Virus record (IMG/VR): IMGVR_UViG_2721755651_000007
Source of the DNA: a virus
Taxonomy: Duplodnaviria; Heunggongvirae; Uroviricota; Caudoviricetes
Strand: one strand, 5' to 3'
DNA length: 64,000 nt
Shown here: positions 1-9,435 of the stretch, in pieces
Numbering within the stretch: position 1 is the stretch's first letter
Layout: every line of letters starts with the position of its first letter
Program-made: the position numbers and the translations under genes
The notes under the pieces: model-generated
The model's database searches: none
What the model saw: only the letters and a program-made list of their open reading frames with translations
What the model was told of the DNA's origin: nothing

Positions 1-347
1 GTCCTCGTCAGCTTATGCTGACTTTCCAGATATTGACTTACGACGGATTCGCTTATATCGACAATTTTAACTTTGCCATAATGCATAAGGAAAAGCTCCC
101 TGATGCATTTGGTGGCCAGAACGACTGAGCCTGGCTTAAGTGACAACGTATCCTTTTCAAGAAAAATATTAATTGGGGAGCAAACCATGATAACTGAACA
201 GACAACAGCCATTATAATTTTACTTTCATTAGCAATTGGTTAGCTCAATTATAGCCCCAAAAGGTAAATTATCATCAACACATAAGCAAAGGACTGACAG
301 GTGCCGCCCCCCCCACCAGCCGCCCATTTACCACAAATAAAAAGCCT

Positions 348-668
348 TCAGGACTGAATGCGTCTGTAACAACCGCACTGATAGTCTGCCAGACCCGCCA
401 TAACCAGCTGGGTCAGTATTAACTGGCAGCGTTCGCGTGAAAGGTAAGTATTCTGCGCAATCTCCCCGACTGTCGCCGGTTCGGTAACGCTTAATTCATT
501 AAACACCACTCTGGCGGTTTCTGTCATATCCTGCTGTTTTAGCATGTCTTTTTCCCTTTTCCGGTTAACGTGACATACCAATAACTCTTGTCGAAAAAGC
601 CAGCAAGTTGAAAGACCGGTATTAGCAACCACCAGCGCGTTTAACGCCCCGTGCCGTTTTTCAGTCAT
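348..668 (-). CDS. hypothetical small protein, first ORF of late operon (possible winged-helix-like C-terminus)
   Basis: ATG directly follows tR'-like terminator downstream of Q; near-identical paralog at 48772..49092. Confidence 0.45.
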   Translation of the reverse strand: MTEKRHGALNALVVANTGLSTCWLFRQELLVCHVNRKREKDMLKQQDMTETARVVFNELSVTEPATVGEIAQNTYLSRERCQLILTQLVMAGLADYQCGCYRRIQS

Positions 669-691
669 AAAAAAACCCGCAAAAAGCGGGC
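669..691 (-). terminator. intrinsic terminator (tR'-like) downstream of Q
   Basis: Minus strand GCCCGC-TTTTT-GCGGG hairpin followed by T7 run; position between Q and first late ORF. Confidence 0.5.
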
Positions 692-769
692 TCTTTCAAA
701 TGTCCATGTCTGCTATTCGCCTCGCGGTACAGCTTTGCGAAGCTTACCGGAATTGAAGCAGTTTTTACG

Positions 770-1336
770 TCAAAAAGCAATAACTTTTTTCTCTATACCA
801 AAAGCCATAACCATTGGTTTGTACAAAATAAATTCTGCCACCTTTAGCCAATGCTCAATGCGTCTTTCACAGGTTCTTAAACTCCATTCCGGATGTGCAT
901 CATTCAGCAATTCAGCCATTTTGCGCTTAGTCATCCCCCGCCCCACATAACGCTGACTCAGAACATTGAGCAGCCCGGGATAACCTGCCAGTACTTCACC
1001 AATAACCCTATCGATTATTAACGCCTCTGAATCGGTACAATGTGCCAGCCAGCTTTTTTGATTGCCGTTGATCATATCCCGCAAAAAAGCCTCAAGTTCA
1101 GGTTTGTCCAGACCCGCTTTTTTCATCCTCCGGAGCGCCTCGTTAATTGCCGTTTTTGTCAGCTTTTTAGAGGTCAGTAATTGGTTGAACATATTTCCCG
1201 TCTTACCGTCGCCAATATACGACCAACGCCCCCACATACGCAGTTTCCCCTGGATCCAGACACTTTCCAGCGTTTTCAGGCGTAAATGCTCACCGCTTTT
1301 GCCTGTAATTTCCGGGTATATCATATTTATGCTCAC
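770..1336 (-). CDS. late-gene antiterminator Q-like protein
   Basis: 188 aa; position between rusA and late terminator; paralog 49211..49753; family assignment by position and recollection. Confidence 0.55.
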   Translation of the reverse strand: MSINMIYPEITGKSGEHLRLKTLESVWIQGKLRMWGRWSYIGDGKTGNMFNQLLTSKKLTKTAINEALRRMKKAGLDKPELEAFLRDMINGNQKSWLAHCTDSEALIIDRVIGEVLAGYPGLLNVLSQRYVGRGMTKRKMAELLNDAHPEWSLRTCERRIEHWLKVAEFILYKPMVMAFGIEKKVIAF

Positions 1337-1386
1337 TCACTTTCAATTTTGTAAATCTTCACGCCCAGCCGCCCACCAGAAACGAG

Positions 1387-1692
1387 CTAGCCGCGCACAA
1401 TATTGATTTCATCAAACTGCTCGTCGTCTATGAGAAGTCCGGCATGCGTCAGCGCATCCAGTGGTGCTTTCAGGATATTGTCCAGGTCACGACGGCGCTT
1501 ATCCGGTGGCTCTGCAATAATCTTTATCGCCAGCCTTCCGGACAGGTTTAATTTCAGCCGCTGCTGGCGAACAATAAGTGCCACATCCCGGCGATAACGC
1601 TCACCGGCTTTTGATACAAAATATGTGCTGCCACGACGTCGCCAGTAGGTGTTCACCGTCGGCGGGTAAGGCAAAACAAACTCTATACGCAT
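1387..1692 (-). CDS. rusA: RusA-family Holliday junction resolvase, shortened by premature stop
   Basis: MRIEFVLPYPPTVNTYWRRRG...RRRDLDNILKAPLDALTHAG; TAG stop where paralog 49750..50109 has CAG and continues 18 aa. Confidence 0.8.
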   Translation of the reverse strand: MRIEFVLPYPPTVNTYWRRRGSTYFVSKAGERYRRDVALIVRQQRLKLNLSGRLAIKIIAEPPDKRRRDLDNILKAPLDALTHAGLLIDDEQFDEINIVRG

Positions 1693-1704
1693 CAGTAACC
1701 TCTT

Positions 1705-2754
1705 TTACCCGAGCACGCCGGTTGCAAAGGCGTGATCAAGAAAACGAAAAATTAAATCAACCTGGGAACCATGCTTTTCTTCGAACGCCAGCGGATCCGC
1801 ATGAAGCTCGTTGTGATGCTCCCGACACAGCGGTAGCGTGAAAATATCGTGGGATTTTGTTCCCATTCCGCCCTGACCATGACCAATCAGATGATGAGGA
1901 TCGTCCGCTGGCTTACCACAACACGCACACGGCTGTGTCTTTACCCAGCGTGTGTATTTCTCATTTACCCAGCGGCGACGTTTAGGTCGTTTCATGAAGG
2001 ATTCCGGAGACTCCGGATCAACGGCAATGCTGACCACCGTCTTTTCCTGTGGTGGGTTCTGTTGCTGGTGGGTGTGAGGCGGTAGCGCAATATTTTTTGT
2101 GCGCTGCTTCAGTATGCTGGTGGCGGTCTGTTCTCCCGGTATGATGTCGCTTTCACGGTATACGGAGCGGATTTTTTCCGCCGGTAATCCCAGAGAGCGA
2201 CGCGATACTGCCTCAGGTAATGCGTCCACCACCTGATTGCAGACTGCCCACCAGGATAATTCAGCCAGCGATAATTCCCGCTCCTGCGTGCCATTCATTA
2301 CATGGCGTATGACGTCAATCATCCAGGCTGTCAGATTTTGTTGAGTAAGTTGCTCAAGTGATTCGGAGGTCTGGTCGCGCAGCTGGTTGTCGCAGTGCCA
2401 GCACAACACCATTGCGCCAGCACCGTAACTGTGAATAACGGTTTCGCTGTGATGATAATCGCCGTGTGGCCACTGGCAGGATTTCACGTGACGTAATAAC
2501 CAGTCAGACAGTGCACCAGCGCCGCCAGCTGCACGAATCACCCGCTCATCGCTGAAAAATGGCAGCAGTGATTTATCTTCCGCCAGCGGCTGGCGAACAG
2601 CAGGAACCGCTCCAGATGGCAGCGCCCGCATGTTTTTCGGTTCCGGCTCCACCAGCACCCTGCCGCGATGAAAAACTGGCAATGATTCACGACCGGGCTT
2701 AAGGACCACCAGCCCGAGTTCCGGAACCAGAACAGGTCGAAGTAATACCCGCAC
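1705..2754 (-). CDS. DUF968/YdfU-like nin-region protein with C-terminal Cys/His-rich motif
   Basis: C-terminal CACCGKPADDPHHLIGHGQGG...CREHHNELH; start uncertain (ORF track 2808; paralog suggests start just after upstream stop). Confidence 0.5.
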   Translation of the reverse strand: MRVLLRPVLVPELGLVVLKPGRESLPVFHRGRVLVEPEPKNMRALPSGAVPAVRQPLAEDKSLLPFFSDERVIRAAGGAGALSDWLLRHVKSCQWPHGDYHHSETVIHSYGAGAMVLCWHCDNQLRDQTSESLEQLTQQNLTAWMIDVIRHVMNGTQERELSLAELSWWAVCNQVVDALPEAVSRRSLGLPAEKIRSVYRESDIIPGEQTATSILKQRTKNIALPPHTHQQQNPPQEKTVVSIAVDPESPESFMKRPKRRRWVNEKYTRWVKTQPCACCGKPADDPHHLIGHGQGGMGTKSHDIFTLPLCREHHNELHADPLAFEEKHGSQVDLIFRFLDHAFATGVLG

Positions 2755-2755
2755 A

Positions 2756-3028
2756 TTACCTCCAGACGCGCTGACGGTAGCAGGCATGTGTCCGTGGCAG
2801 ATGTGCACGAACAGGAAGATATACAGAAACGGTCCAGGTCAGACGATCAGCGTTCAGACTCCGCTCCACACGGACACCGCGACGCAGATACGCCTCTTGA
2901 AGCATATCTGCCTCATCGATCGTACAGAACAGATAGTGAAACCAGCCATACTGAGGCGCACGAAAACGCCTCCCCTGCTTAATTTCCGGGTCGGCTTCAG
3001 AATTGTGGGATTTTATGTGTTGTGTCAT
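2756..3028 (-). CDS. hypothetical nin-region protein
   Basis: 90 aa ORF; divergent paralog at 51170..51448 in same position. Confidence 0.35.
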   Translation of the reverse strand: MTQHIKSHNSEADPEIKQGRRFRAPQYGWFHYLFCTIDEADMLQEAYLRRGVRVERSLNADRLTWTVSVYLPVRAHLPRTHACYRQRVWR

Positions 3029-3149
3029 CGGATTCTCCGGTGACAGCAGGTGTCAGTTGTTCAGGCTGACTGCGCGAATTGTAAGGCAATACGCCGGAAT
3101 GTACAAACAGAAAACCCGTCAGTAAGACGGGCTTAACAAGCAGGGGCGG

Positions 3150-3494
3150 TTACTTTAATAATTTCAGTGCCTTTACATCAACTTCAACACTGCTCAGGTC
3201 TTTATCAATTTCACCCTCAATTCTTACTTTGTCTTTCGGAGAAACATTCTGCCCGGCCCATACGCTGTCATCAATATCCGTGACAATTGTCCCGCTATTG
3301 TCACGAAACTCATAACGTTCATCACCCACTTTTTTAACGATGCTCCCTTCAAGGATAACCCATGCATCATCCTTCAGTTCTTTTGCCTGCGCTACTGTTG
3401 AACGCTCTGCTTCTGGCCCCTGGAAACCACCCTGCTGTGCAAAAGCGCCAAAAGACACACCGGAAATAAGTGCTGCAATCAATACCTTTTTCAT
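3150..3494 (-). CDS. YgiW/YdeI-family periplasmic OB-fold (BOF) protein, prophage cargo
   Basis: Signal peptide MKKVLIAALISGVSFGAFA; QGGFQGP...V.L.G.I.......F.D.SG.I.V.ID pattern typical of YgiW family. Confidence 0.7.
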   Translation of the reverse strand: MKKVLIAALISGVSFGAFAQQGGFQGPEAERSTVAQAKELKDDAWVILEGSIVKKVGDERYEFRDNSGTIVTDIDDSVWAGQNVSPKDKVRIEGEIDKDLSSVEVDVKALKLLK

Positions 3495-3613
3495 TCATAG
3501 TCCTCTTTCAGAGATGAACATTCAAACAGCATTTTCAGTATGGTAAAGCGCGGGTGCGTTGAGGATGCCTGACACATCAGAGGTGGCGGGAGATTACTCC
3601 CCCGCCTGGTCTC

Positions 3614-3769
3614 TTACTTCTCAGATTCGTAGTCTACGAAGACAGCGACCTCCGTCTGACCGGTTCGGATTCGCACCTCGCAGAGGTCTTTCCTCGTTAC
3701 CAGTGCCGTCACTATGACGGTTAAACAGATGACGATCAGGGCGATTAACATCGCCTTTTGCTGCTTCAT
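3614..3769 (-). CDS. hok: Hok-family type I toxin (HokD/RelF-like), with overlapping mok frame extending to 3826
   Basis: MKQQKAMLIALIVICLTVIVTALVTRKDLCEVRIRTGQTEVAVF matches Hok/Gef family; longer overlapping ORF 3614..3826 = mok-like. Confidence 0.9.
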   Translation of the reverse strand: MKQQKAMLIALIVICLTVIVTALVTRKDLCEVRIRTGQTEVAVFVDYESEK

Positions 3770-4059
3770 AGCCTGCTTCTCCTTGCCTTTCGGCACGTAA
3801 GAGGCTAACCTACATGTGTTCAGCATGGATTGAGCCTCAGATTAATGTTAAGCGTCTTGCAGGACGCGTAATGTTAACTGGGGCTTTTCTCTATCTGCCG
3901 TTGGTGTTCATGCCCGAGGCAGATAGCCTCAAGCACCCGCAGCAATTCTACTTAACTATCCTTTTCCCGCAAACCGTTTTTATCCCCAGCGGCAAATCGA
4001 ATACACCACCAGCGCCACCGCCATCGCAATTCCTACCGTTGTGAATGCTTCAGGCCAGG

Positions 4060-4617
4060 TCATTGATTCACCTCCTGCGGCGGTTCTGGTAGCGACATCC
4101 AGTGGGTTGCTTGCCTAAGATCATTACCCGGACTAACTGCTATACCTCCGCGCCGGAACGTGCCTCCGAGATAGCGTGCGGAATATATTAATGGCCCAGC
4201 CTCGCTATCGATATTCATCGAAATAAGCACGTTCTGGCTCTTTTCAGGCATTCGCTCAGTACAGCTTATCCAGCCATCCAGAGTTATCGGAGATCTGGTT
4301 GACGTTTCCGAGATTTCCCGAAAATTGTTGGTTGACGAATTCTTATTTTCCCGAAAGTTTCCGGCCTGAAGCATGGCGACGCGGCAGGCGTTCCAGCCAT
4401 CAGCATATGTTTTAGTTACACCGTCGAGATGGCAGGTAAGCAAATCCATTTCATCAGGCACTACCATTGCTATCGGCTCTGCTTCCAGTGATGCCAGCGC
4501 GATACGAAACACATTAGCCAGCAGGCTGTCTGAAGACTTGTTATCGTGCGCCGAGTCGCTCAGGAAGCCTGTGATGTATGATTTAATCTCCGCGCGTTCT
4601 CTGGTAATAGTGCTCAT
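4060..4617 (-). CDS. DUF551-like phage protein
   Basis: C-terminal THWMSLPEPPQ motif typical of DUF551. Confidence 0.55.
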   Translation of the reverse strand: MSTITRERAEIKSYITGFLSDSAHDNKSSDSLLANVFRIALASLEAEPIAMVVPDEMDLLTCHLDGVTKTYADGWNACRVAMLQAGNFRENKNSSTNNFREISETSTRSPITLDGWISCTERMPEKSQNVLISMNIDSEAGPLIYSARYLGGTFRRGGIAVSPGNDLRQATHWMSLPEPPQEVNQ

Positions 4618-4618
4618 A

Positions 4619-4837
4619 TCAGTTTTCCTTATACGGATTAATTTTATTGTGCAGTGCGCTGAATGATTCCCATGTCACATCGGTATATAGCTCAATAACT
4701 GGTTCAAATGTCCTTCCAATTATCCAGACCAGTAATAGCGGGGATATCGGTATCATCAACACTATAAACAGAATGAAAAACAGAAACTCTGTTGTTCTGC
4801 TCTTTCGTGGGTAATTTTTTTCTAAATAATGTTTCAT
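4619..4837 (-). CDS. small single-pass membrane protein, hypothetical
   Basis: 72 aa with hydrophobic FLFFILFIVLMIPISPLLLVWIIG segment. Confidence 0.35.
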   Translation of the reverse strand: MKHYLEKNYPRKSRTTEFLFFILFIVLMIPISPLLLVWIIGRTFEPVIELYTDVTWESFSALHNKINPYKEN

Positions 4838-4964
4838 TTCTTACCGCCCTTTCGGGCGGCCTCCTGATGTTCTGAGGGTGCAGGAATCCCTCCGGTTAAG
4901 GATTTAATAAAAATCGTTTCTGATTTAAATCTTCAGTATTTAGTTGTTAGTTGGTTTATCGCCT

Positions 4965-5276
4965 TTATGCTTCAGCCTTATTTCGCAACCAGACACAAAC
5001 CGGGCCATCTTCCGTATCATGAATGGAACCAATAAACCAGCCATCGCCCTCTGGTCGTTCCGGTTCCCATGCAGAAATATCAGCATCACACGCATCAAGG
5101 TCAGCACATCCTTCATCTCTGAAGCAGAGGACGTATTGAAGATTATTTTCCTCCATCCAGGCGTTAAACTCTTCCGTTGAAATATATTCCCGACCATCAC
5201 AGAATTTTTCATATTCAGGATGTGTCCAGTAGCCATATCCGTCACGAACTACCGGCATTTCTTTAATTTCACTCAC
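4965..5276 (-). CDS. acidic hypothetical phage protein
   Basis: 103 aa ORF, Cys/Asp/Glu rich; no family recognised. Confidence 0.4.
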   Translation of the reverse strand: MSEIKEMPVVRDGYGYWTHPEYEKFCDGREYISTEEFNAWMEENNLQYVLCFRDEGCADLDACDADISAWEPERPEGDGWFIGSIHDTEDGPVCVWLRNKAEA

Positions 5277-5496
5277 TGTTAACCTCCTGCAACGCTACAC
5301 GATACGCCTTCTTTATCCACGCCTTACTGCCATATAATTTCGTCTTCATAATAAACACACCTGCACGACTCGCCGATATCCCCGGACAGGTTAACAGCAC
5401 AGCATCCACCACACGGTTATGCTTCCGAAACTCCATTACAGTACTGCTGATAACCACCTGCCCCACCGGGCCGTAATCCTGATACAGGATTTTCAC
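5269..5496 (-). CDS. hypothetical protein
   Basis: 75 aa ORF, GTG start overlapping stop of IS-disrupted upstream gene. Confidence 0.35.
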   Translation of the reverse strand: MKILYQDYGPVGQVVISSTVMEFRKHNRVVDAVLLTCPGISASRAGVFIMKTKLYGSKAWIKKAYRVALQEVNSE

Positions 5497-5598
5497 GCAG
5501 ACACCCTCCTGTCGAAATAAACGTAGTTATTCACTATGCGCAGCGGCATGCCTAATTGAACCGCCCCGGGTTTCCTGGAGAGTGTTTTATCTGTGAAC

Positions 5599-6489
5599 TC
5601 AGGCTGCCAGATCATCGTTTCCGATGGAAGCATAATAAGCTTTTTCTGCTTCTGCCGGAGGAGTATGGCCCAGCCTTCCCAGCAATCGTCGATTGTTATA
5701 CCAGTCCACCCACGTTAGTGTGGCCAGTTCCACTTCTGCACGGTTTTTCCAGCTCTTACGGTGTATTACCTCCGCTTTGTAAAGACCATTGATGCTCTCA
5801 GCCATCGCGTTGTCATACGAGTCGCCTGTACTCCCTGTTGATGCCAGTAATCCGGCTTCTTTTAGTCGCTCCGTATAGGCCAGTGACACATACTGAGAGC
5901 CTTTATCGCTGTGATGGATGGTGCCAGACGGACGACGGGCCCACAACGCCTGCTCCAGCGCATCCAGCACGAATGTCGTTTCCATAGACGATGAGACCCG
6001 CCACCCCACGATGTATCCGGCAAACACATCAATGATAAACGCCACATAGACGAAGCCCTGCCATGTGCTGACGTAAGTAAAATCAGCCACCCACAGCTGG
6101 TCAGGTCGTTCTGCCACGAACTGACGGTTTACGCGGTCGCCTGCGGCAACGGCTTTCCGGCTGATGGTCGTACGGACCTTTTTACCCCGGAGAACACCGG
6201 CAAGTCCCATAACCGCCATGAGACGTGCCACTGTACATCTGGCCACCCTGATTCCTTCCCGTAACAACTGACGCCAGACTTTACGCACACCGTACACCTG
6301 ATGATTTTCATCGTATACGCGCTGTATCTCTCTCTTCAGCCAGTCGTCGTGCTGCGCACGGGCACTGCGTTTATCCGGATGATGTCGCTGTTGCTGACAA
6401 TGGTAATACGTTGACGGGGCAATATGCAGTTCGCTGCATACCGGTCCGACCCCGTACTGCTCACGCAGCTTATCCAGCAGTGGCATCAT
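5599..6489 (-). CDS. IS3-family transposase OrfB (DDE integrase domain)
   Basis: 296 aa; WVADFTYV...HSDKGSQY...YDNAMAES motifs. Confidence 0.9.
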   Translation of the reverse strand: MMPLLDKLREQYGVGPVCSELHIAPSTYYHCQQQRHHPDKRSARAQHDDWLKREIQRVYDENHQVYGVRKVWRQLLREGIRVARCTVARLMAVMGLAGVLRGKKVRTTISRKAVAAGDRVNRQFVAERPDQLWVADFTYVSTWQGFVYVAFIIDVFAGYIVGWRVSSSMETTFVLDALEQALWARRPSGTIHHSDKGSQYVSLAYTERLKEAGLLASTGSTGDSYDNAMAESINGLYKAEVIHRKSWKNRAEVELATLTWVDWYNNRRLLGRLGHTPPAEAEKAYYASIGNDDLAA

Positions 6490-6812
6490 TTTTTCCAGAG
6501 GCGGTCGAACTCCGCCTTCGCAAAATAAGCGGAAGCCTGGCGAAGGATATCGTTACTGCGGCGCAGTTCACGATTTTCACGTTCCAGCTCTTTCAGACGC
6601 TGACGTTCAGCGCTGGTGAGCCCACCATCACCGCCCCCGGTATCCCGCTCATGCTGGCGAACCCAGACACGCAGAGTCTCCGGCGTACAGCCAATCTTTG
6701 GGGCAATGGAACAAATTGCCGCCCACTGTGAGTCATATTCATCCTGACTTTCCAGAACCATACGAATCGCCCGCTGACGGACTTCGGGGGAAAAACGAGT
6801 ATTTTTAGTCAT
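6486..6812 (-). CDS. IS3-family transposase OrfA (HTH)
   Basis: 108 aa; overlaps orfB as expected for -1 frameshift fusion. Confidence 0.9.
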   Translation of the reverse strand: MTKNTRFSPEVRQRAIRMVLESQDEYDSQWAAICSIAPKIGCTPETLRVWVRQHERDTGGGDGGLTSAERQRLKELERENRELRRSNDILRQASAYFAKAEFDRLWKK

Positions 6813-6866
6813 CCTGTTTACCTCTTTCTCAGGGAGTTTAGTCTCCAGGATTTCCGGGGCGGTTCA

Positions 6867-7087
6867 AATTTTCTGGCAATTTCCCTTCTTTGCATGCCTC
6901 TCTGATGCAGTTGCCGCGCCAGCTCAATATCACGCTGAGAATATTTTGCCGACGGGTGAAAATCACCACGTAACATCATGCTGATGCCCAGCTCCCGTGC
7001 CTTCGTTCTCACTGCCGCTTCAGTTCGTCCGATAAGTGCGCCAACGCTTTTTACCTTCATCGTTCCCGCACACTGCCGGAGTATCAT
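6867..7087 (-). pseudogene. small HTH-like gene interrupted by the IS insertion (3' end at 5497..5556)
   Basis: Frame MKVKSVGALIGRTEAAVRTKARELGI...REIARK runs into IS end; joining flanks across the target duplication restores an ORF ending just before 5496. Confidence 0.5.
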
Positions 7088-7119
7088 GATTTCCGCCCGG
7101 CACCACGTCTTCCACCCAC

Positions 7120-7854
7120 TCACCGCTGCTGTTCTCTGGTGGCGGTAATATCCCGGAGAATATCCCGGCACTTGTTCAGCTCCCGCAGCGCGGCGCAGAC
7201 TCGCTCCCACTTCTGAACCTGACCTTTTGCCCGGCGCAGCTCGCGGTTAGCCACATGCAGCGATGGTAAAATCAGACCATCCGGATGCTTTCTGGTGAAC
7301 GACGGCTGTGACTGCACTGTGACCGCCACACTTTCCGTTTTTATTTCTTCCTGTGTTTCCGCTTCCCCGACTGGTAACGCAACACCTGCTGGCTGAGGAA
7401 AGGCTTTACCATCCGTTTCCGTTATGGATGCGGCTTTCGGCTCTGCCGGTAAATCAGCGCCCGGTATGCAGTACCGAAATTTACCGCCCTGATTCACGCG
7501 AATCAGACGCCCTTTGCTGATTGCCATGGCCAGTGATGAATTCGCCCGGCGGGAGGTAATCCCGAACATCAGTGCCAGCTCATCCGCCGTTTGTGGGCCA
7601 TGATGTTCAATCGCCTCAGTCAGCATTTGCGCTGTCACTTTCGGTACCGGTGACACTGGTTCACTTTCACCAGTCTGAGTCAGCCACCACATCGACCCCT
7701 TGTTATCCGCTTCACCACGGCGCTTCAGTTTCCACAGTTCGTTGACAGCATCTTCGCGGCTGATTCCAAGGCGCGATGCCACTACCTGTGAAGAGGCTTT
7801 TTTCAGTGCTTTCAGTGCGTCAAATACGGTTTCCATTAATATTTCCTCCGACAA
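7120..7854 (-). CDS. conserved prophage hypothetical protein downstream of P (DUF1627-like by recollection)
   Basis: 244 aa; paralog 54105..54686. Confidence 0.45.
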   Translation of the reverse strand: MSEEILMETVFDALKALKKASSQVVASRLGISREDAVNELWKLKRRGEADNKGSMWWLTQTGESEPVSPVPKVTAQMLTEAIEHHGPQTADELALMFGITSRRANSSLAMAISKGRLIRVNQGGKFRYCIPGADLPAEPKAASITETDGKAFPQPAGVALPVGEAETQEEIKTESVAVTVQSQPSFTRKHPDGLILPSLHVANRELRRAKGQVQKWERVCAALRELNKCRDILRDITATREQQR

Positions 7855-7869
7855 AATCGTTTCTCAGAT

Positions 7870-8532
7870 TCAAATAAAACCAGCTGCCTTCCGGCGTTCG
7901 TATTCCTGTTTCAGCCGTTCAATTGGCGTTGGCCCTTGCGGGTGTTTCGCCCCTTCCAGTTGTCGTCGCACTGGCGGAACACTCATCCCGTTACCAACAT
8001 GCTTTGCCCATTTCGTCAGTTGCCGTTCCGCAAGTCGTTTTAACTCACCTTGCGTCATCTGGCGCTCAATCCCTCTGGTACGCATTTCGAGGCAGATGTG
8101 GTACAGCACAGGCTGTGGCCACGGGTATTTATCACTCCCGTCGTATCGCCAGGATTCATTGCGCCAGCGCCGGTACTCTTCCATCACGGCATCCACCGTA
8201 AGACCAAATGGATTTGCCCCACTCTCCGAAATCAGCGCAACAAACTCAGCCAGGTCCGGGGGCCACGTTTCACCCGCCCGGCAGCGGTCCATGCACTGAC
8301 GGCACACCAGACGGATTTGCTGTTCAGTCATCGCACCAATCTGGGCAATCCAGAGCTTCGAAGGTGCGGCCCCGTTCTTCTGAGTCCAGCGGTTCGAATA
8401 CACCTCCCCCATGAGCTCCCACAGCTTCCAGGCCGTTTCCGTTGCTGATAAATCCGTTGTCACGTTCCCACTGTTCGCGTGCAGCCCGGATTTCCTGAAC
8501 TGCCCGTGATGCCGTGCCACCTGATGCTGCAT
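7870..8532 (-). CDS. replication protein P-like (helicase loader)
   Basis: Resembles lambda P incl. YPW..Y/H....LEMR region; N-terminal ~200 nt overlap O frame, start uncertain. Confidence 0.55.
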   Translation of the reverse strand: MQHQVARHHGQFRKSGLHANSGNVTTDLSATETAWKLWELMGEVYSNRWTQKNGAAPSKLWIAQIGAMTEQQIRLVCRQCMDRCRAGETWPPDLAEFVALISESGANPFGLTVDAVMEEYRRWRNESWRYDGSDKYPWPQPVLYHICLEMRTRGIERQMTQGELKRLAERQLTKWAKHVGNGMSVPPVRRQLEGAKHPQGPTPIERLKQEYERRKAAGFI

Positions 8533-9373
8533 GGCTTCCCCCCTTGCTGACTGGTTTTACCTGTGCCCTGACGTGCTGCACGTGGCGGGCAAATTTCTGC
8601 TCCCACTGAACCTGCGTGAAAACCTTCCCCTCCGCCATCCAGTAATCCCGGAATGCGGCAAGCTCAGCAGGTGTAAATTCCGGCTCAGGCAGAGCCATAC
8701 CCCACACTGCTGCCCGTTGTCGAAAATCCGGCGACGGCTGCCAGACAGTAGTCATCGAAAATTTCCCGATCGGTTCGCTCAGGCCGTCCAGGTATTCAGG
8801 TTCGGCTGTCTGCAACGGCGCACCATTCGACTCACTGGTCGGAATACTCTCGCGCGCGTTATGTGTGGGGTTTAATTCTGTATCTGTATCTTTATCTGTA
8901 TCTTTATCTGTCGTGACTTGTCGTGACAGATGCGTGACACGTCGTGACTCATCGTGACAATCAGCATTATGTTTCCGCAGCTTTTCCCGCTCCCGCTGCG
9001 CTCTCTTGCGCTCTGCCGGGGATTTTGCCGTTTGCGAAACGTTACCATTGTCCTCTTTCAGCACCTGACGTTTTTCCCATCCGGAAATAAGGTCACCATC
9101 CAGAACCCGCCCCTGCATTGCATGCAAAATTGAATCAATTACGTCTTCCGTCACATCAAGCGCACTTGCTAAATCTTCCGTCGTGACATCAATGTGACCA
9201 CGTAGTGACACGCCGTGACATGTCGTGACATTTCGTGACGCGCTCACCAGAAGATGGATATACACTGCCATCACTGTTGCGATTGGCTGTCCTGATACCC
9301 TGGCAATCGTTCGCCACTTGGGGTCATTTGGCATGTCATGCCACAATCTGAGCCAGGCATTAGCCATACTCAC
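8324..9373 (-). CDS. replication initiator O-like protein containing origin iterons
   Basis: 349 aa; internal TDKDTDKDTD encoded by DNA repeats; position upstream of P. Confidence 0.6.
   Translation of the reverse strand: MSMANAWLRLWHDMPNDPKWRTIARVSGQPIATVMAVYIHLLVSASRNVTTCHGVSLRGHIDVTTEDLASALDVTEDVIDSILHAMQGRVLDGDLISGWEKRQVLKEDNGNVSQTAKSPAERKRAQREREKLRKHNADCHDESRRVTHLSRQVTTDKDTDKDTDTELNPTHNARESIPTSESNGAPLQTAEPEYLDGLSEPIGKFSMTTVWQPSPDFRQRAAVWGMALPEPEFTPAELAAFRDYWMAEGKVFTQVQWEQKFARHVQHVRAQVKPVSKGGSHAASGGTASRAVQEIRAAREQWERDNGFISNGNGLEAVGAHGGGVFEPLDSEERGRTFEALDCPDWCDD
8881..8960. repeat. iteron-like direct repeats (candidate ori), cluster 1
   Basis: TCTGTATCTTTA repeats then five GTGAC-containing units phased at ~10 bp. 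Confidence 0.6.
9181..9240. repeat. iteron-like direct repeats, cluster 2
   Basis: Six GTGAC-containing units at ~10-bp spacing inside O-like gene. Confidence 0.55.
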
Positions 9374-9435
9374 CTCTTCTGATACCGAACTTTACCCTCG
9401 AACATCCGGAAGAAATCCGGCATGAATATTGTTGG

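Larger units (their letters stand above)
5557..6866 (-). mobile_element. IS3-family insertion sequence (IS629-like), 1310 bp, 3-bp target duplication AAT
   Basis: Terminal inverted repeats TGAACCGCCCCGG / CCGGGGCGGTTCA; orfA+orfB; AAT at 5554-5556 and 6867-6869. Confidence 0.85.

Noticed and set aside
8881-9240. Possible CRISPR array (short direct repeats)
   Set aside because: Repeats are 10-12 bp helically phased units inside the O gene without unique spacers; consistent with iterons, not CRISPR.
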